A stretch of 64,000 nucleotides of DNA from contig OZ024742.1 in the NCBI GenBank assembly GCA_964016885.1, positions 109,058,001-109,122,000 of the forward strand. Reading direction: 5' to 3'. The notes under the pieces were generated by a model. The model was given only the letters and a program-made list of their open reading frames with translations. It had not been told where the DNA came from and made no database searches. The position numbers were made by a program, and so were the translations under genes. Positions 39,816-56,642 of the stretch are shown here, piece by piece. This DNA comes from Eledone cirrhosa (lineage: Eukaryota). Position 1 is the stretch's first letter. Each line of letters starts with the position of its first letter.

Positions 39816-41529
39816 CAACTACTTCTAGCTAGAATGTCAAATAATATTCCTAGATGCTGTAGATCTATTTACTCCCAACAGTTGGGTGAAATGAAAGTGT
39901 GGTGGGAATGAAAAAATACGTTAAAAGTGTATATGTTTTTATTATATTTTTGTATATGTTGATGCTGGCATGGCTGAATGATTAAGAAGTTTATATTACA
40001 ATCATGAGATCAATCTCACTGCATAGCATCTTGAATGACTATCTCTACTATAGCCTTGGGTTGACCCAAGCCTTGTGAGTGAAATTGAGTAGAGGGAAAC
40101 CCATCAGATGGATTGTACCTATAATTGAAATGCCATACACTGTGTCAGGTTGATTCAGTTTAGGAAGCGTGACACATTGTGTAATAAGGCTGACCCTTTG
40201 AATTACAGGTATAGTCCATCTGACTGGTTTCCAAATAGTTTCTATACACTTAATTTCATTCACAAGCCAAGAGTCAGCTCATGGCTATAGTAAATGATAC
40301 TTGCCCAAGACACCATGCTGTGGGATCAAACCTAAGACCTTATAATTTCAAAGTGCAGCATTTAGCCATTCAGCCATGCTGTGCTCACACAGATGAAATA
40401 CAGATTTGAGGGTCAAAGGTATAAGAGATACAAACTTTTGGGCTTTGAAAACTTTGTAGTTTTAAATCATGACAATTGATTTTTTAAACCCTTTATTAGT
40501 AAAAAAAAATACCACTAAGCATTCATTTTCGATCATCATTATTATCATCATCACCATCATTGTCATCACCACCATCTTCATCCTCATTGTCGCCATCATC
40601 ATTATCGTCCTCATAATCATTGCACGGTACTTTGGGAAAGTGTCATCTTTCTATATAAAAGAAAAACTGTTTCTCCGTCTGTCTGTCCGTCACACATATA
40701 TGTAAAAAGGAAAAGGGAGGCAACCCGTTTTTTTAATTTGAAATGAAAAGGGAGATGACTATGTCATGCTTTTAGTTTATTGCAAGGGTTAGAGGTAATA
40801 AGGTAGAGATTTGCAGGAGAGGTGGTGATAATGAGCCAGTGCAGATGGGGGCACCTAGTGTTCTGTGATTTTGGGTAAACCAAATTCAGGCCAAGTTCCT
40901 CCTCAGTTTTCCATTGCTTGCATGGGTTGGATGGAACCTTTCCATCACAACTTCTCTTTACTTGTTGTGTTCCTTTGTCATCACATTTTGTCATGTATAT
41001 GCAACAAGTGATTATCTTATGTGTTGTATTGTTCATTTTTTTTTTAGAGATGGGGCTCGACATTTTTCTGTCTGGAAACCCTTCCTATCACCAACCAGTT
41101 TACATTGTGGACTGGGTGCATTTTATTGTGCTACCCAGTCTAAGGATAACTTTCTCTCTTCCTCTCAGCATTTTCAGAGCCCCTGAAAAGAACTATCCTT
41201 TCCCAACTATATATATGATGTCTGCATCGTGATTTCAATAATTGCCACCACCTGATTTTCCTCTCACATATAGGTAGCATGAACATGACTCCTTAACCTC
41301 ACCAAAATATTTACATTCCTTTCTGTATATGCTGCAGTGATGAACATTGCTTCCACTTTGGCTCCTTGTTTTGTTTTGATGAGGTTTCAAATGACGTTAT
41401 GGTCCACTAGCCATTGCACATTGTTTTCTACACTTCTGACAGGAAGAAATGCCTATGAGACCATAATCGTCAATATTTTGTACATCGCTTATATGATGAT
41501 TTCTAAGACCTACTTTACTGAAACAAAAC

Positions 41530-44279
41530 AACCACTCTCATTGCACATGAAGTCATTTTGAGCATCTGAAATCCAGGTAAAGTAATATTGTATTGACCCT
41601 TACTTTAATTTTTCATGCTCCACACAAGACTTTTCAAATTCCTGTTTTCCATTAAACACTGTCTTCCTTCAAGATGATCGATCTAAAGCAATGTCTTCCC
41701 AGTTATTTTCTCTTATTTTTGACTTTATCAAAGCTCTTTTGATGCCGTCTTTATACCTGAGTTTCGGTTTATGCCTTGGCCATTTGCCTAACTCCCTGTG
41801 CAGTAACTGCTTAGGAATTCTATGATCTGGCATTCTTACATGGCCACTCCAGGGCAATGTATATTGAATTATAAGAGATTCAATTCTTTCAAAATGGCTT
41901 CGTTCCAGCACTTCAACATCACTCAGAAGTGATTCTGAGTATTCGGCGAAGACACTTGTTGAAAATGTTCAAGCATTTTTACATTTTGCTGGTTTGTGAC
42001 CGAAGTTTCTCATGCATACAGCAATGAAGACAATACACTTGTTCTGTACACCTTTAACTTTGTATCAATGGAAATCCCACATCAACACCAGAGATGCCCA
42101 TCTAATTTACCTAAAGAATCACTTACTTTCTTTAATCATAACAAGATTTCATCATCAAGGGTGTTTGTCATGTTAACTGTGTTGCCTAAATACACAAATT
42201 TATCCACAACCTTCAATGTTTTGCCATACACATAAATGCTAGGCTCAGTGAAATCCTTGCCCTGAGCAGGTTGATACATCACAACTGTCTTGACCAAGCT
42301 AATTGTCAGACCCAATGCACTGCATGCCTCTGAAAAATAATACATCTGGTGCTGCATCTTATTCTGAGTGAGCAGCAAGATCACAATCATCTGCATACAA
42401 AATTTAGTGTATTAAAGAAGTGAACACCTTTGTTTTGGTAGGAAATCATCTGATGTTAAACAACTTGCCTGTCAAACGATATTTGATATAAATTCCATGT
42501 GTGCAGTCCATAAAGAAAACCATAGAGAAATGCAATACAAACAGTGTAGGTGCTGGTATATCCTCTTGTTTTTTCCCATTTTCAATAAAAATGGGATCTG
42601 AGACCTGTCCATCTATTTGACACAAGCTTGCATACCATAATGAAAACCTCTCAGAACTGATTCGAACTTGTCAGGATAACTAAACTTCAGAATCTTCCAT
42701 AATGCTGTCCTATTCACCGTATTAAAAGCTTTTGTCAAGTGAACAAAGACGTTATACAAATCCATTCTCTGTTCAATGCACTTTTCCTGCAGTTGCCTCA
42801 CAGAGAAAATCATGTCTGTTGTCTCTCTGCCATGTCTAAAGCCATTCTGTGACTCAAGAAAAACATTGCCAGTGATGTTATCAAACAATCTTCTCCTCAC
42901 GATCTTACACAAGATTTATCCCACAGTTGACAGGAGGGCTATCTCATGATAATTACTACAATCATCCTTTGCACCTTTTCCTTTATAAAACACCACCATC
43001 AATGTATCTTTCCAGTCTCAGGGAATGCTTTCTTCTTCCTGAACATTAAAATGTCATCACATTGGATCTTGTCTAACTTTCTCACCAGCTCATCCTTTAT
43101 TGAAGCATTTTTAATCAGAACAATATTTAATTTCTGTGAACAACACTTTTTACTCGTATTTTTGGCTTTACTACAAATTTTACTTTAGTGCGAAGAAGAT
43201 GATGGACTCTCCAGTACTTAGCTCGACACAACTCATGAACATCATAGATGCCTCAAAATTCATGTCTATGTACAAGATCAAAATCTTTCATGTGCCACTG
43301 CTTTGAACCTGGAAGCATCCAACTTGTTTTGTGCTTCTTGTGCTGGAAGAAAGTGTTAGTTATTCTAAGACTTAGTTTCTGGCACATTTGCAGGAGTAAC
43401 AAGTCATTGTTTGCCAATCACATCCCACGTTCTGTGGTCCTTTCCAACCCTAGCATTATAATCCTCAACTATGAGATTGAGGGATCATCCAGACAAGTTA
43501 TTTTAGGGAAAGATAAAATGCAAGCTATTTGTCATCTGTAGCACACATAGTTGGAGCATATACACTAACAAATGTAAAATACCTATTTTTGGGGTAGTAG
43601 AACCCTCATAGAAATGAGCCGATCAAAGAAGCCACTGGGAAATTCATCTAGTCTGGCGGTAATTGTATTTTTGACAGCAAATGCCAATCCAATATCTCTC
43701 TTGCATCCTTCTGACCGTCCACTCTAATAAAAAGTGTATTCACTTAACTGTTTCTGAAAATGACCCTCCTCAACAAACTTGGTTTCAGACAAAACTACAA
43801 CATCCATGTTATAACATTGTCTTCTCTCAGTAGCTGGATGGCGACTGAGCCCAGGATGCAGTGTCCTGGGGCACCTGCTGACTTAGACCCTTTCACTTCT
43901 TGTTCCAGAGCCCTTATTTCTAATGACTAATACGTCATTGTTTGAGTTCATCGGTTTTAAATGTGCTTCCCTTTTCGGCTACGGCCAGCTTTGCTCATGC
44001 AACACACATGAAAGATGTTTAGATCACATGATACCAGGGCTTGAATTTTGTTTTAAGTGAAAAAGTCTTGGCACTGAACCGATCCCACTGTCTAAACAAT
44101 GGTGACAGGTATTCAAAAAGAACAGGTCAGCATCATTGGTTGTCATCGAGTCACAGGTTTTACATCCATGTTTTCCTTATTCTAGAATGATGTGCAAACA
44201 AGTACCAGGTGTCTTTCACTCTCGGTGGGATAACTGTGCATCCTGGCACCAAACCGAATATTTCCATTTCCCCCTCCCC

Positions 44280-44317
<38 letters not shown>

Positions 44318-44490
44318 GTGTACATACTATTGGATGGACTTTCACTCTTCTCTGTTACTCCGCTCTTTGATGGGTTTTGTTTTTTCATCCTGCAGGGTGT
44401 CCAAAAGTCCTCCCCACAAAGCAAGCTTGGTCGGGATGCAGGTTTAGTTGCTGGCGACCTGACTATGTGACAGGTTGTACTGGACTACAT
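41530..44490 (-). mobile_element. Decayed near-full-length BovB-like RTE LINE
   Basis: ESQNGFRHGRETTDMIFSVRQLQEKCIEQ; KFVYLG; RMPDHRIPKQLL; APE remnants; 5' UTR at ~44330-44490; many stops. Confidence 0.88.
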
Positions 44491-44521
44491 GTTATATATA
44501 TACACTTACATACATACACAA

Positions 44522-44591
<70 letters not shown>

Positions 44592-45192
44592 ATTTGATAT
44601 ATAATGATATAGCTGCAGTTGAGGTTTGAAATCGTATAATCTTTGGATTTTACTTCAGTTTTATAAGTGTTGGTTTGTTTCAGATATCAGCAGGGGTGGT
44701 TGCAGCATCTAAAGAATGGAGAGTATACTGCGTGTAGATTTTAAATACATTCAATCAGTTTTGATTGATATCATGGCGATCAAACAGTGGAAAAGAAGGA
44801 AAGGGGGAAAGACAAGAATGTTATTAAGAAAATTATTTTTGTGTGTTTCCAATGTTAGAAAGCTCGAGTAGAATTAAGTGCGAACAATTATTCAGTTTCT
44901 CAATATTATAAGAATATTTGTCTTTGAAATCAGATTTATCTCCATAGCAAGTTTATGAGAATTATTAAATCTTGCAATCTTGCATTAGAAACTCTGTTGT
45001 ATCTGTGTAGCATGCGGTTTTATTCTATTCAGTCAGTACCACCGCACGATTCCTCTAATTTCCTGATATACTGGAGAAGTTAAATAGACAATTGTCCACC
45101 AATAATTCTCGGTCACAATCGAAGTCTATTTATTTACATGGCTGAAACTGGCTTTCTTTGACTTGCGGGGTCATTGATTTACGATATCAAAG

Positions 45193-45225
<33 letters not shown>

Positions 45226-46209
45226 AATGAGAAAAAGAGGGAGAGATTGCCATACGTTAATATTTGCTTCTTGTTTTCTTTCTATACGAAATAAATGACT
45301 ATGAATCGTGAAATAAATTATGTTTCTATTTGAAAATGCCATTTAGTTGAAGCACTACTTTTTCTTTCTAAACGTTCCTTTTCAGCAGTGTGGCTTTACA
45401 TCTTAGAATGAAATTTATTGAATATTCTTCTTTGTTGAACGATTTATTATCGTTCTGATTGACGTAATAATCAAACGGTGCGGCACCTTTTATATATTCA
45501 GAAAACCACTCTGCTACGTTAAAACTGACGCCATTTTCTCTCTGTAAGTCAACGGATAACAACCGATGCTTTTAGTGAATAATCAGTAAAATCATGAGTC
45601 GCGACATCAGAGAAGTAATTTTAGTTGATTATTTAATCAAAAGTTAAAATGTGCTCAATAAAATGAAGATTTCTCCTTTGGATTATCCTTGAATCTCATC
45701 CATAGGCAAAAAAAAAAAAAATGATCATAAGTACAACACAACCACTAAGCCACACATCTTCACATCCTAGAGTCCACACCACAAAGAAATCCGACTCATT
45801 ATTACAGACTTACTTAGCAACATGTTGCAACATGTTGCAACTTCTAGTTTAGAGACACGCCGATTCTCTCCCCTCTTTCTCTGTCTCTTTTACCACAACG
45901 ACAAGGACCTCTGCTTTCTTCAATTGCCACACCCTCTCCTTACAAGTTTACACAATATACCCATCTCCTCATTTCTTCACCCTACTCGAACTCAATCACC
46001 TGGACATTCAATGAATGCTTTACATGATTCGTTCTGCCAAGAGGGGTGTTCTTGAATAAAATGTTTACCTTTTTTCTAGGATGTTTGTATATGAAACAAA
46101 GTATGTGAACATTACTATAATATGGATGTTTGAAAAACAGCTCTACAACTAATATGAATCGTAGTGTTTTCTTGATTTATAAGAGAATTTCTATTTCATA
46201 AGATTCAGA

Positions 46210-46355
46210 CTTGGCAATGTTATGTATGTGAGATTGCTCCAAGATATTATGTACGCCCGATTGCTTCAAGATATTATGTACGCCCGATTGCTTCAAGCTG
46301 TTGTTATGTACGAAAGATTGCTTCAAGATGTTGTGTGTGTGAGATTGCTTCAAGA
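46210..46355. repeat. ~27-bp tandem repeat, ~5 copies
   Basis: gattgcttcaagatattatgtacgccc. Confidence 0.85.
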
Positions 46356-46644
46356 AATCGTTAGAAAGTAAATCCTAGAGTTTGTGGTAACTTTAAATAT
46401 TTTAGTTAGATATAAATAGTGAAGAACAAGGTATAATGCAAGGCTGTTTCTCGTAATATTTATAAGGATTACGTCTTCGCGAGAAGGACCTTATTTTAAA
46501 GTACACCTTAACACCAAAACTTGACAAAGGGTCTGCTGGGGTTTACAAGAAACCTTTCGGAAACAGTGACTACACCTAACGTCTAGCTTGAATCTTAACA
46601 TCCAGAAAGGAATTAGCAGAATATGTCTAAAAACAAGATTGTTA

Positions 46645-47055
46645 ATTCAAATCTTTATATTTTTATTAGTGGACAGATTGTTGTGAAAATTTGCAGTACA
46701 AACTTAGTTTTTAATGTGATGAAATTATGGTGCTGCTTTTTACTTTTCACGAATGCATTGCTAATGTGCTTCCATGCGGTTTGTTAATTCAAATGTATAT
46801 AGTATATTTACTCGTGAGCAGATCTTTGTGACAATTTGCAGTATTAAAGTAAAGACTTCAATTTTTAATGAAATGCAGTCATAGTGCTATTTTGCACTTT
46901 TCATGAATGCCTTGCTAATGCAAATGTATATAGTATCGTTAGTCGTGAACAGATCATTGTGAACATTTTCAGTGTTAGACTAAGAACCTTTAATGTGATG
47001 CGGTCATAGTGTTGTTTTGTATTTTTCAAAAATGTCTATCTTGCTAATGTGGTTT
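46645..47055. repeat. Degenerate ~135-bp tandem triplication
   Basis: cagat..ttgtga.aatttgcagta...tttaatg.gatg...atagtg.t...ttgctaatg three times. Confidence 0.7.
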
Positions 47056-47678
47056 CGCGTGGCACTGGACGTTGAAAGTTAAGTAGAATTCTACAGAGAT
47101 ATGTGTAGACATAAAACCTCAATATAATAAAATAAAAACAAAAAAGCGGTTTTGAAAATAAGACTTGAGTATAAGTACTTTTTGATGAGAAATCTTTGAG
47201 GGAAAAAATAACATTAAAAAATATATCGAGGGAAAAACAATTAAAACAATAGGATTTGTTCGGAACAGAAATAGAAGGGAAAGAAATAATAAAATAGTGA
47301 TTTATACTGATAGATTGATGTTATATTTGAATGAAAGAATCATTAGAATGTTCGATCTAAAACTATTGGAGGTGTTATTTATAGTGATCTGGACAGAAAT
47401 AAATAAATACACGCAACACAATTCATTTATTCATTTTAATACATGTACTTACACTCACACGCACATAAAGTTATTTAAAGGGCCATATTAATGGAATTAT
47501 ATATATGTATATATATGTGTGTGCGTGTGTGTTATGGATGTATGCACTATTCTGTATTAATGTGTATAACTATGTCTATATGCTGTGTGCGTGAGTATGT
47601 GGCAAGGCGGTTACTTATTTCATGTCAATAAAATAGGAATGCTACAGATGTATGTATGTTACCGTTAGCCACTGCACG

Positions 47679-47738
<60 letters not shown>

Positions 47739-48290
47739 CGCACACAGTCGCACACGCAGGGATACATTTATACAGACACATATATATATATACAGTCCCA
47801 CACGCAAGGATACACTTATACAGACATACATACATACCTACATTCATGCATGCGTACGTACATACATATATACATGCATGCGTATATACATAGATTGTTG
47901 TTATTTGCACTTTGAAGTGTCTTCTTCGTGACTTACCAAAACTCATACACTCGTGCGCGCACTGTGTGCGTGTGTATATAGATATCTCTACGTTCACCCG
48001 TCTCGACTCCATACGTGTCAAATAGTAACTACTTTTCTGTCCAAGTCTCCCGGACCCACCACGACACTCTCCCACTATGTCAATGGCACGATTTACTACA
48101 TTTCCTATACCTTTCATCTGTCTTATTTGTATTACCTTCTACTGGCTGGTGCATTGCTTCGTGGTTAGGTTGTGCGGTACAAGATAGGAAGACCGCGAGT
48201 TCGATATCCGGACTGGGCTATGCGTTGTGTTCTTGAAAACAAACATTTTATTTGATTTGATTTCATTGATTGCTAGACTAGGGTCATTAT

Positions 48291-48365
48291 TCAAATCCCG
48301 CCGAGATTAACTTTGCCTTTCATCCTTACGGGGTCGATAAAATAAAGTACCAGTAATGTACTGGT
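48291..48365 (+). mobile_element. Meta-domain SINE fragment
   Basis: ttcaaatcccgccgag...gtcgataaaataaagtaccag. Confidence 0.75.
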
Positions 48366-49469
48366 TATGTTCCAAACACCAAAGTAACGAGAAAGATAGT
48401 TATATTACTAACACCCTCCAAATCCTTGATTATTTTCAAAATTATTTGAAAATCATAGCCTAGGTTGGTACTTCATTGCCACCAGAAGGGTGAAATACAA
48501 AGTTGATCTCGGCTGGATTTGAACTCAGAATGCAGGAAGACGAAATTAATACTGTAACGCAGTCTATTCAAAGGAGGACAACAAACGAAAGGTTCTACAG
48601 CAAAGGATTCTCTATAGCAATTTCAAAGGAAAGGGCGAGTGAGTCAAGGTGACCCTAAGATAAGGAAAAGACAAGCATCAAAATATAGAACTAGAAATCA
48701 AAATCCAAAGCAAGAATATTTGCATAATTAATTAAGAATAAATGAGACAAGAAATATACAGACAATCAAATGAACGAAAAGATATAAAAATGACAACCAA
48801 ATCAGATTATTAATAATAATAATAATGTGAGAAACAAAACTAGATACAAACATATAAGAGGAATAATTAATATAAAAACAGTAGCTATCTCATTAATTAG
48901 CTACACTTTCTGTATAATAAATTGGAAATTAAGTGAGCTGAAAGACTTAGAGGGTAGGGTGGATCAGGGAAAGCTCTAATTAGACAAGACTAAAAACATA
49001 CAATATTTTCTATCTATAGAGTAGTAATTAGAGCATAGAAGCTATCAGTAGGTTGGTGGCGAGAAAATAAGGACAGCAAATCAACTGAAAAGGTAAAAAA
49101 AATACAAAATAATGAGAGGACCTCCGTCACTTACTACGACGATGTTTCCAGTTGGTTGATCAACAGAATAGCCTTTTCGGGATTTTAAAGTGCAAGTGGC
49201 TGGTTGAGCATTCTACGGGCACGTGTACCTTTAATATAGTTCTCAGGGAGATTTAGCATATCACAGTGTGTGAAAAGGCTGACCTTTTGAATTACAGACA
49301 CAACCTAGATTTTATCCAGTTGATTGGACCGGAGCCACGTGAAATAAAATACAACGTGTCTTGTGAGTCCAGAATCCCTACTACTAAGCCACGTGCCTTC
49401 AAGTACTAGTGTGGATTAAATTGATTAAATACCACCCCCTTAAAATTTATGTGCCAAAGTTACAAATCA

Positions 49470-49648
49470 TTGGCAGAATCGATTGAGGGTTGGACGCCAT
49501 GCTTTGCATCATAGAGTTACGGCCATTTACGATTTGAGTTTAAATCTCACCGAGGTTAACTTTGCCTTTCATCCTTACGGGGTCGATAGAATAAAGTACC
49601 AGTAATGTACTGAGACAATTGCTGGCCTTGTGCCAAAAGTAGAAACAT
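49470..49648 (+). mobile_element. Meta-domain SINE
   Basis: Family consensus match. Confidence 0.82.
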
Positions 49649-50640
49649 TTATTATTACCAAAGTTCCAGTTTCTAGAATCCTATGTTATTTCTGTTTCTG
49701 TAAGTACTTCGTTGCCAAATAATATCAATTTCTTGCAGAGTCATATTACATTGTACGAGTAATTTACTACTTACAATAATATAAACATACAGTGGAAATT
49801 GCCCTGAGCTATCAGAAACAATTACCTTACCTGGTTTATAATTTCAATTTCAATTTCAGCTTACAAGAATAATTCACAAAGAGTTTTCAATTCAGACTTA
49901 AAATGTCTAAGCATCATACAGGCGTAGGCACGGTGCGGGGTTAAAGAGTTCATTTCAAAACCACATAATTCAGGATTCAGTCATGCTGAGGAGCACCTTG
50001 GGAAAGTGTGTTTTGCTATAACCCCAAACTGAGCAGAGCCTTTGGAATGGTGTTTGGCAGACGGAAATTGCAGAAACCCGTATATAAAAACAAGAAACAA
50101 TAACGCAAGACATATATATAATAAAGTATGTGTTCCTACGTGTAAAAAATACATATAGGGATAAATGTATTATACAACCGTATGCCAATGTGGTTCTATG
50201 GCGGGTTAATAAATTAACAAGTCAGAACATATAAAATCCAGGTCTAGCAAATAGAGAAAAAGTTTTAAAATAAATTTAAAAAAATTCGTTGGCTTGTTAA
50301 TTTATTATCTTCACTCTTTAAATATGACACTGTTAATGACAACACTAACATCTATGTATCTTTACGATTGTTCTGTGGAATAGGAGGTTAATTATATGTC
50401 TAAACTTTGTCAGCAATAAAATGTTTTGAACATAGTTTTGATTATTCTGTAATTTATATTCTGGCTCTGTAAGACATCTGATGTATTTACATTGAGCTAT
50501 TTTTCTTACTGGTAATAAGGTGGTAATGAATTACTGACCTTTCCTGTTTATAATTATATATAGTGCATATATAAGTATAAATAATAATATTATTATTATT
50601 ATTATCATTATTATTATTATTATTATTACTACTATTATTC

Positions 50641-53638
<2,998 letters not shown>

Positions 53639-53698
53639 CAGTACCTTCTCCAATAAAAGATATTATGTATTTTGCGAAATCCAGAGACTTTCAATGAC

Positions 53699-54149
53699 TA
53701 GAAGTCGACCCTAACTGTTACTAATAGCTCTAGGAAAGCCATGAATGACACCACATATTTTTAACTTTGATTTTGAAAGTAGGTTTACAATTATCAATTT
53801 TCATTATACTTTTGTAGCCGTCTCGGGGGACTAGTTGGAGGAATCATAGACCGTAGTGATCCTGGTCTAAAGTTCGATCCTGGTCGGGTGTAGGGTCCCG
53901 GTAAACGTTTTCAGTTTTTTTCTATTGGAAGTAAAATAAAAATTGAAAAAGACTGCATGTACCTTTCGACCAGGATTGCACCAGGATCATCACCGTCTCT
54001 AGTACCTACCGCTAGTCCACTGAGACAGCTACTAAAATCTGCTGAAAATTCATACTTATAAACCTACTTTCAAAATTTTCAATACAAAATGATGTGGTGT
54101 CGTTCATGTCTTTCTTAATGTTATTGCTCCTACTTAAGGTCAATTTCTA
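53699..54149. mobile_element. Degenerate ~450-bp fold-back MITE
   Basis: catgaatgacaccacat/atgtggtgtcgttcatg, ttttgaaagtaggttta/taaacctactttcaaaa and gatcctggtc/gaccaggat arms. Confidence 0.75.
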
Positions 54150-54367
54150 AATCATTTGGGTGTTCCATAAACTACATCCTCGTTTTGTTTCTCATCTATC
54201 TAGACTATATTTTAACCTGTAATCCATGTTTCATTTCTGTTGCACCTCATTTCTAACCCCCCCTCTCTTTCTCTCTGCGATATTTGAATCTACTATGATT
54301 TGGGCTTACTTTATTCATATATATATATATGTTTTTACATGTCAGATTCAAACTTACAACGAATGGC

Positions 54368-54401
<34 letters not shown>

Positions 54402-54646
54402 GTGGGGGACTGGGTCTAAAAATATTGGTTGCCAGGAGATGAAGGGGGGGGGGGCCCACTTACATATAGAATGTTATCATTTTTTATAATGAATAAATAA
54501 CATTTTCAAAAAATACATAAGTGGAAACAAAACAGTGCAATCAAATTTTTGCGGAAAAATATCTTACCTTCTCCAATAAAAAATATGTATTTTGCGAAAT
54601 CCAGAGACTTTCAATAATGACCTTTGGTCTTTCACATTCACTCACT

Positions 54647-54701
<55 letters not shown>

Positions 54702-55702
54702 ACACACATATGGGAGTGCGTATATATATGTGTGCATGTACATATGTATATATAGATTTATATATATGTATACATAACATGTTTTCAACTTGTACAAATT
54801 AATTATACCCAAAATTAGAGTTTGGCCCCTTTAGTTTTGTGGGATAATTCTTTTGCGACTCTATCTAATTCGACATCAACAACAACTATTCTTCTATCCT
54901 TTACTACCACTCCTTCTAAGAACTATTAATTTCGCCAAAACGCTTATAGAGATTAAGGATTTAGAAGTTGATGTCATTTTAAATGCTTGTAAGTATGTGA
55001 TAAACTTTGATCACTCTATTTAGCTTAAGAAATCAAATAGTACGCCATTCGATGTCATGGGTGCCAACGATTCGGTGAAGGTCACAGACATTATTTGTCT
55101 ATTTTTACTATTCTCTATCATGGATAAATTCCACAGTAACACTCAATATGTCGAACAGCCTGTACCGCCCGTATAGAAGGCACAATATCACTTTAAATTA
55201 CATTAATAAACATTCTAGCCATCCAGCCGGCATAACTAAAAACCTGGTAAACATGTCCCATTGGCTTTCCCGTTTATCAGTTAACGAGCATGTTTTCACC
55301 GACCATTCCACATATTATAATGAAGCTCTGGCTCGGAACAGATTTCTATGTAAGGTAGAATACACTAAGTGCGAGCATAAAACTAAGACAAACAGACCTA
55401 GACGCATTACATGATATAACCCACCATATAGTATGGAAGTGGCCACGCCAATAGCTAAAATTTCCCTAACAATAATTAGGAAGCATTTTCCCTTAGCACA
55501 TAAATATCATAAGATTTTAAATAAAAACACGGTTAAAATATCCTATTTCACAACTCCCTACCTTTCACATAATATCACTACATCTAACTTAACTAAATTA
55601 CCTAGTCGTAGTAATACAAATAATCCTGAACTTATTTCCTGTTGCAATTGTATTAATAGGGACTACTGCCCTCTAGCTTGGAAATCCCTATCAAGCAATA
55701 TA

Positions 55703-55855
55703 CCGTATTTCCCGGCATCGAAGACGCTACGTTTTTCCTAAAATAAGTCTCAAAAATCTACCATGCGTCCTGGAGGCCGAAGCTTGTTTATTATTTTTTT
55801 TCAAATTTTTGGGTCGTCCTCGAGAACGAAGTGTCTTCGGCGCCGTGAAATACGG
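55703..55855. mobile_element. pogo/Tigger-type MITE with TA TSD
   Basis: TA-CCGTATTTCCCGGCATCGAAGACGCT ... AGTGTCTTCGGCGCCGTGAAATACGG-TA. Confidence 0.88.
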
Positions 55856-56300
55856 TAGTTTATAAACGTACGGTTGATAGACCCACTACTACTAAGGCGT
55901 ACATAGGGTTAACAGCCAATAGATTCAAGCAGCACTTTTATTCATTTCGAATGCTTTTAAGAGGGAATATGATTTCACTTTCGGCCTATATCTGGAATTT
56001 AAAAGACAATAACATCCGATACAGGTTACATTGGGAACTTATAAATGCAATAAAAACCTTGTGGCCTTTGTGTTGCTGAAGCTCTGGAAATACTTTACGC
56101 CAACGAATCTATTTTAAGCAAAAAATCCGAGGTAATTTCAGTTTGTACACATAAACTGTATAAAGCATTTACATTACAATCCAACATTATATTCTAACAG
56201 ATAGTACGAACACTTAGCAAATGGTATACGTCATGATGTGGTAGCTAAGAACAATCAAACTTTATACATGTGGTTGGTAAATAATTATGTTATTTATGGT

Positions 56301-56383
56301 ATTTAATAGATTCTGAGGAAATCAATACAACACAAATCTATTTTCCTGTTGTATTGATTGAAATGTTCGTGAATCAATTAAAT
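56301..56383 (+). ncRNA. Hammerhead ribozyme motif, probably inactive (G at the cleavage position)
   Basis: CTGAGGA, perfect 13-bp helix II, GAAA-tgttcg-TG, helix I atttaatagatt/aatcaattaaat. Confidence 0.7.
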
Positions 56384-56543
56384 AATTTAATGTAATTTAA
56401 TCCTGATTATTTTTATTCATTTTATATATGCTCTGTGATATTGTAAAACTACTGTGATTGAAAATTTACCGATTGGATTAAACTCGGAATTGTCTTTTAC
56501 CTATCTTGCTGTGAAGTATGAAAGTACATTTGAGCTTTGAATT

Positions 56544-56642
<99 letters not shown>

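Larger units (their letters stand above)
54850..56510 (+). mobile_element. Decayed Penelope-like element (CxCx5C linker, Naiad-like)
   Basis: YRPYRR..LNYINKHSSHP; CNCINRDYCPL; SNIVYK...YIGLTANRFK after removing the MITE; 3' hammerhead remnant. Confidence 0.82.

Noticed and set aside
44670-44760. Possible short terminal exon after tttgtttcag
   Set aside because: Only ~17-19 codons with no recognisable homology; cannot be supported without transcripts
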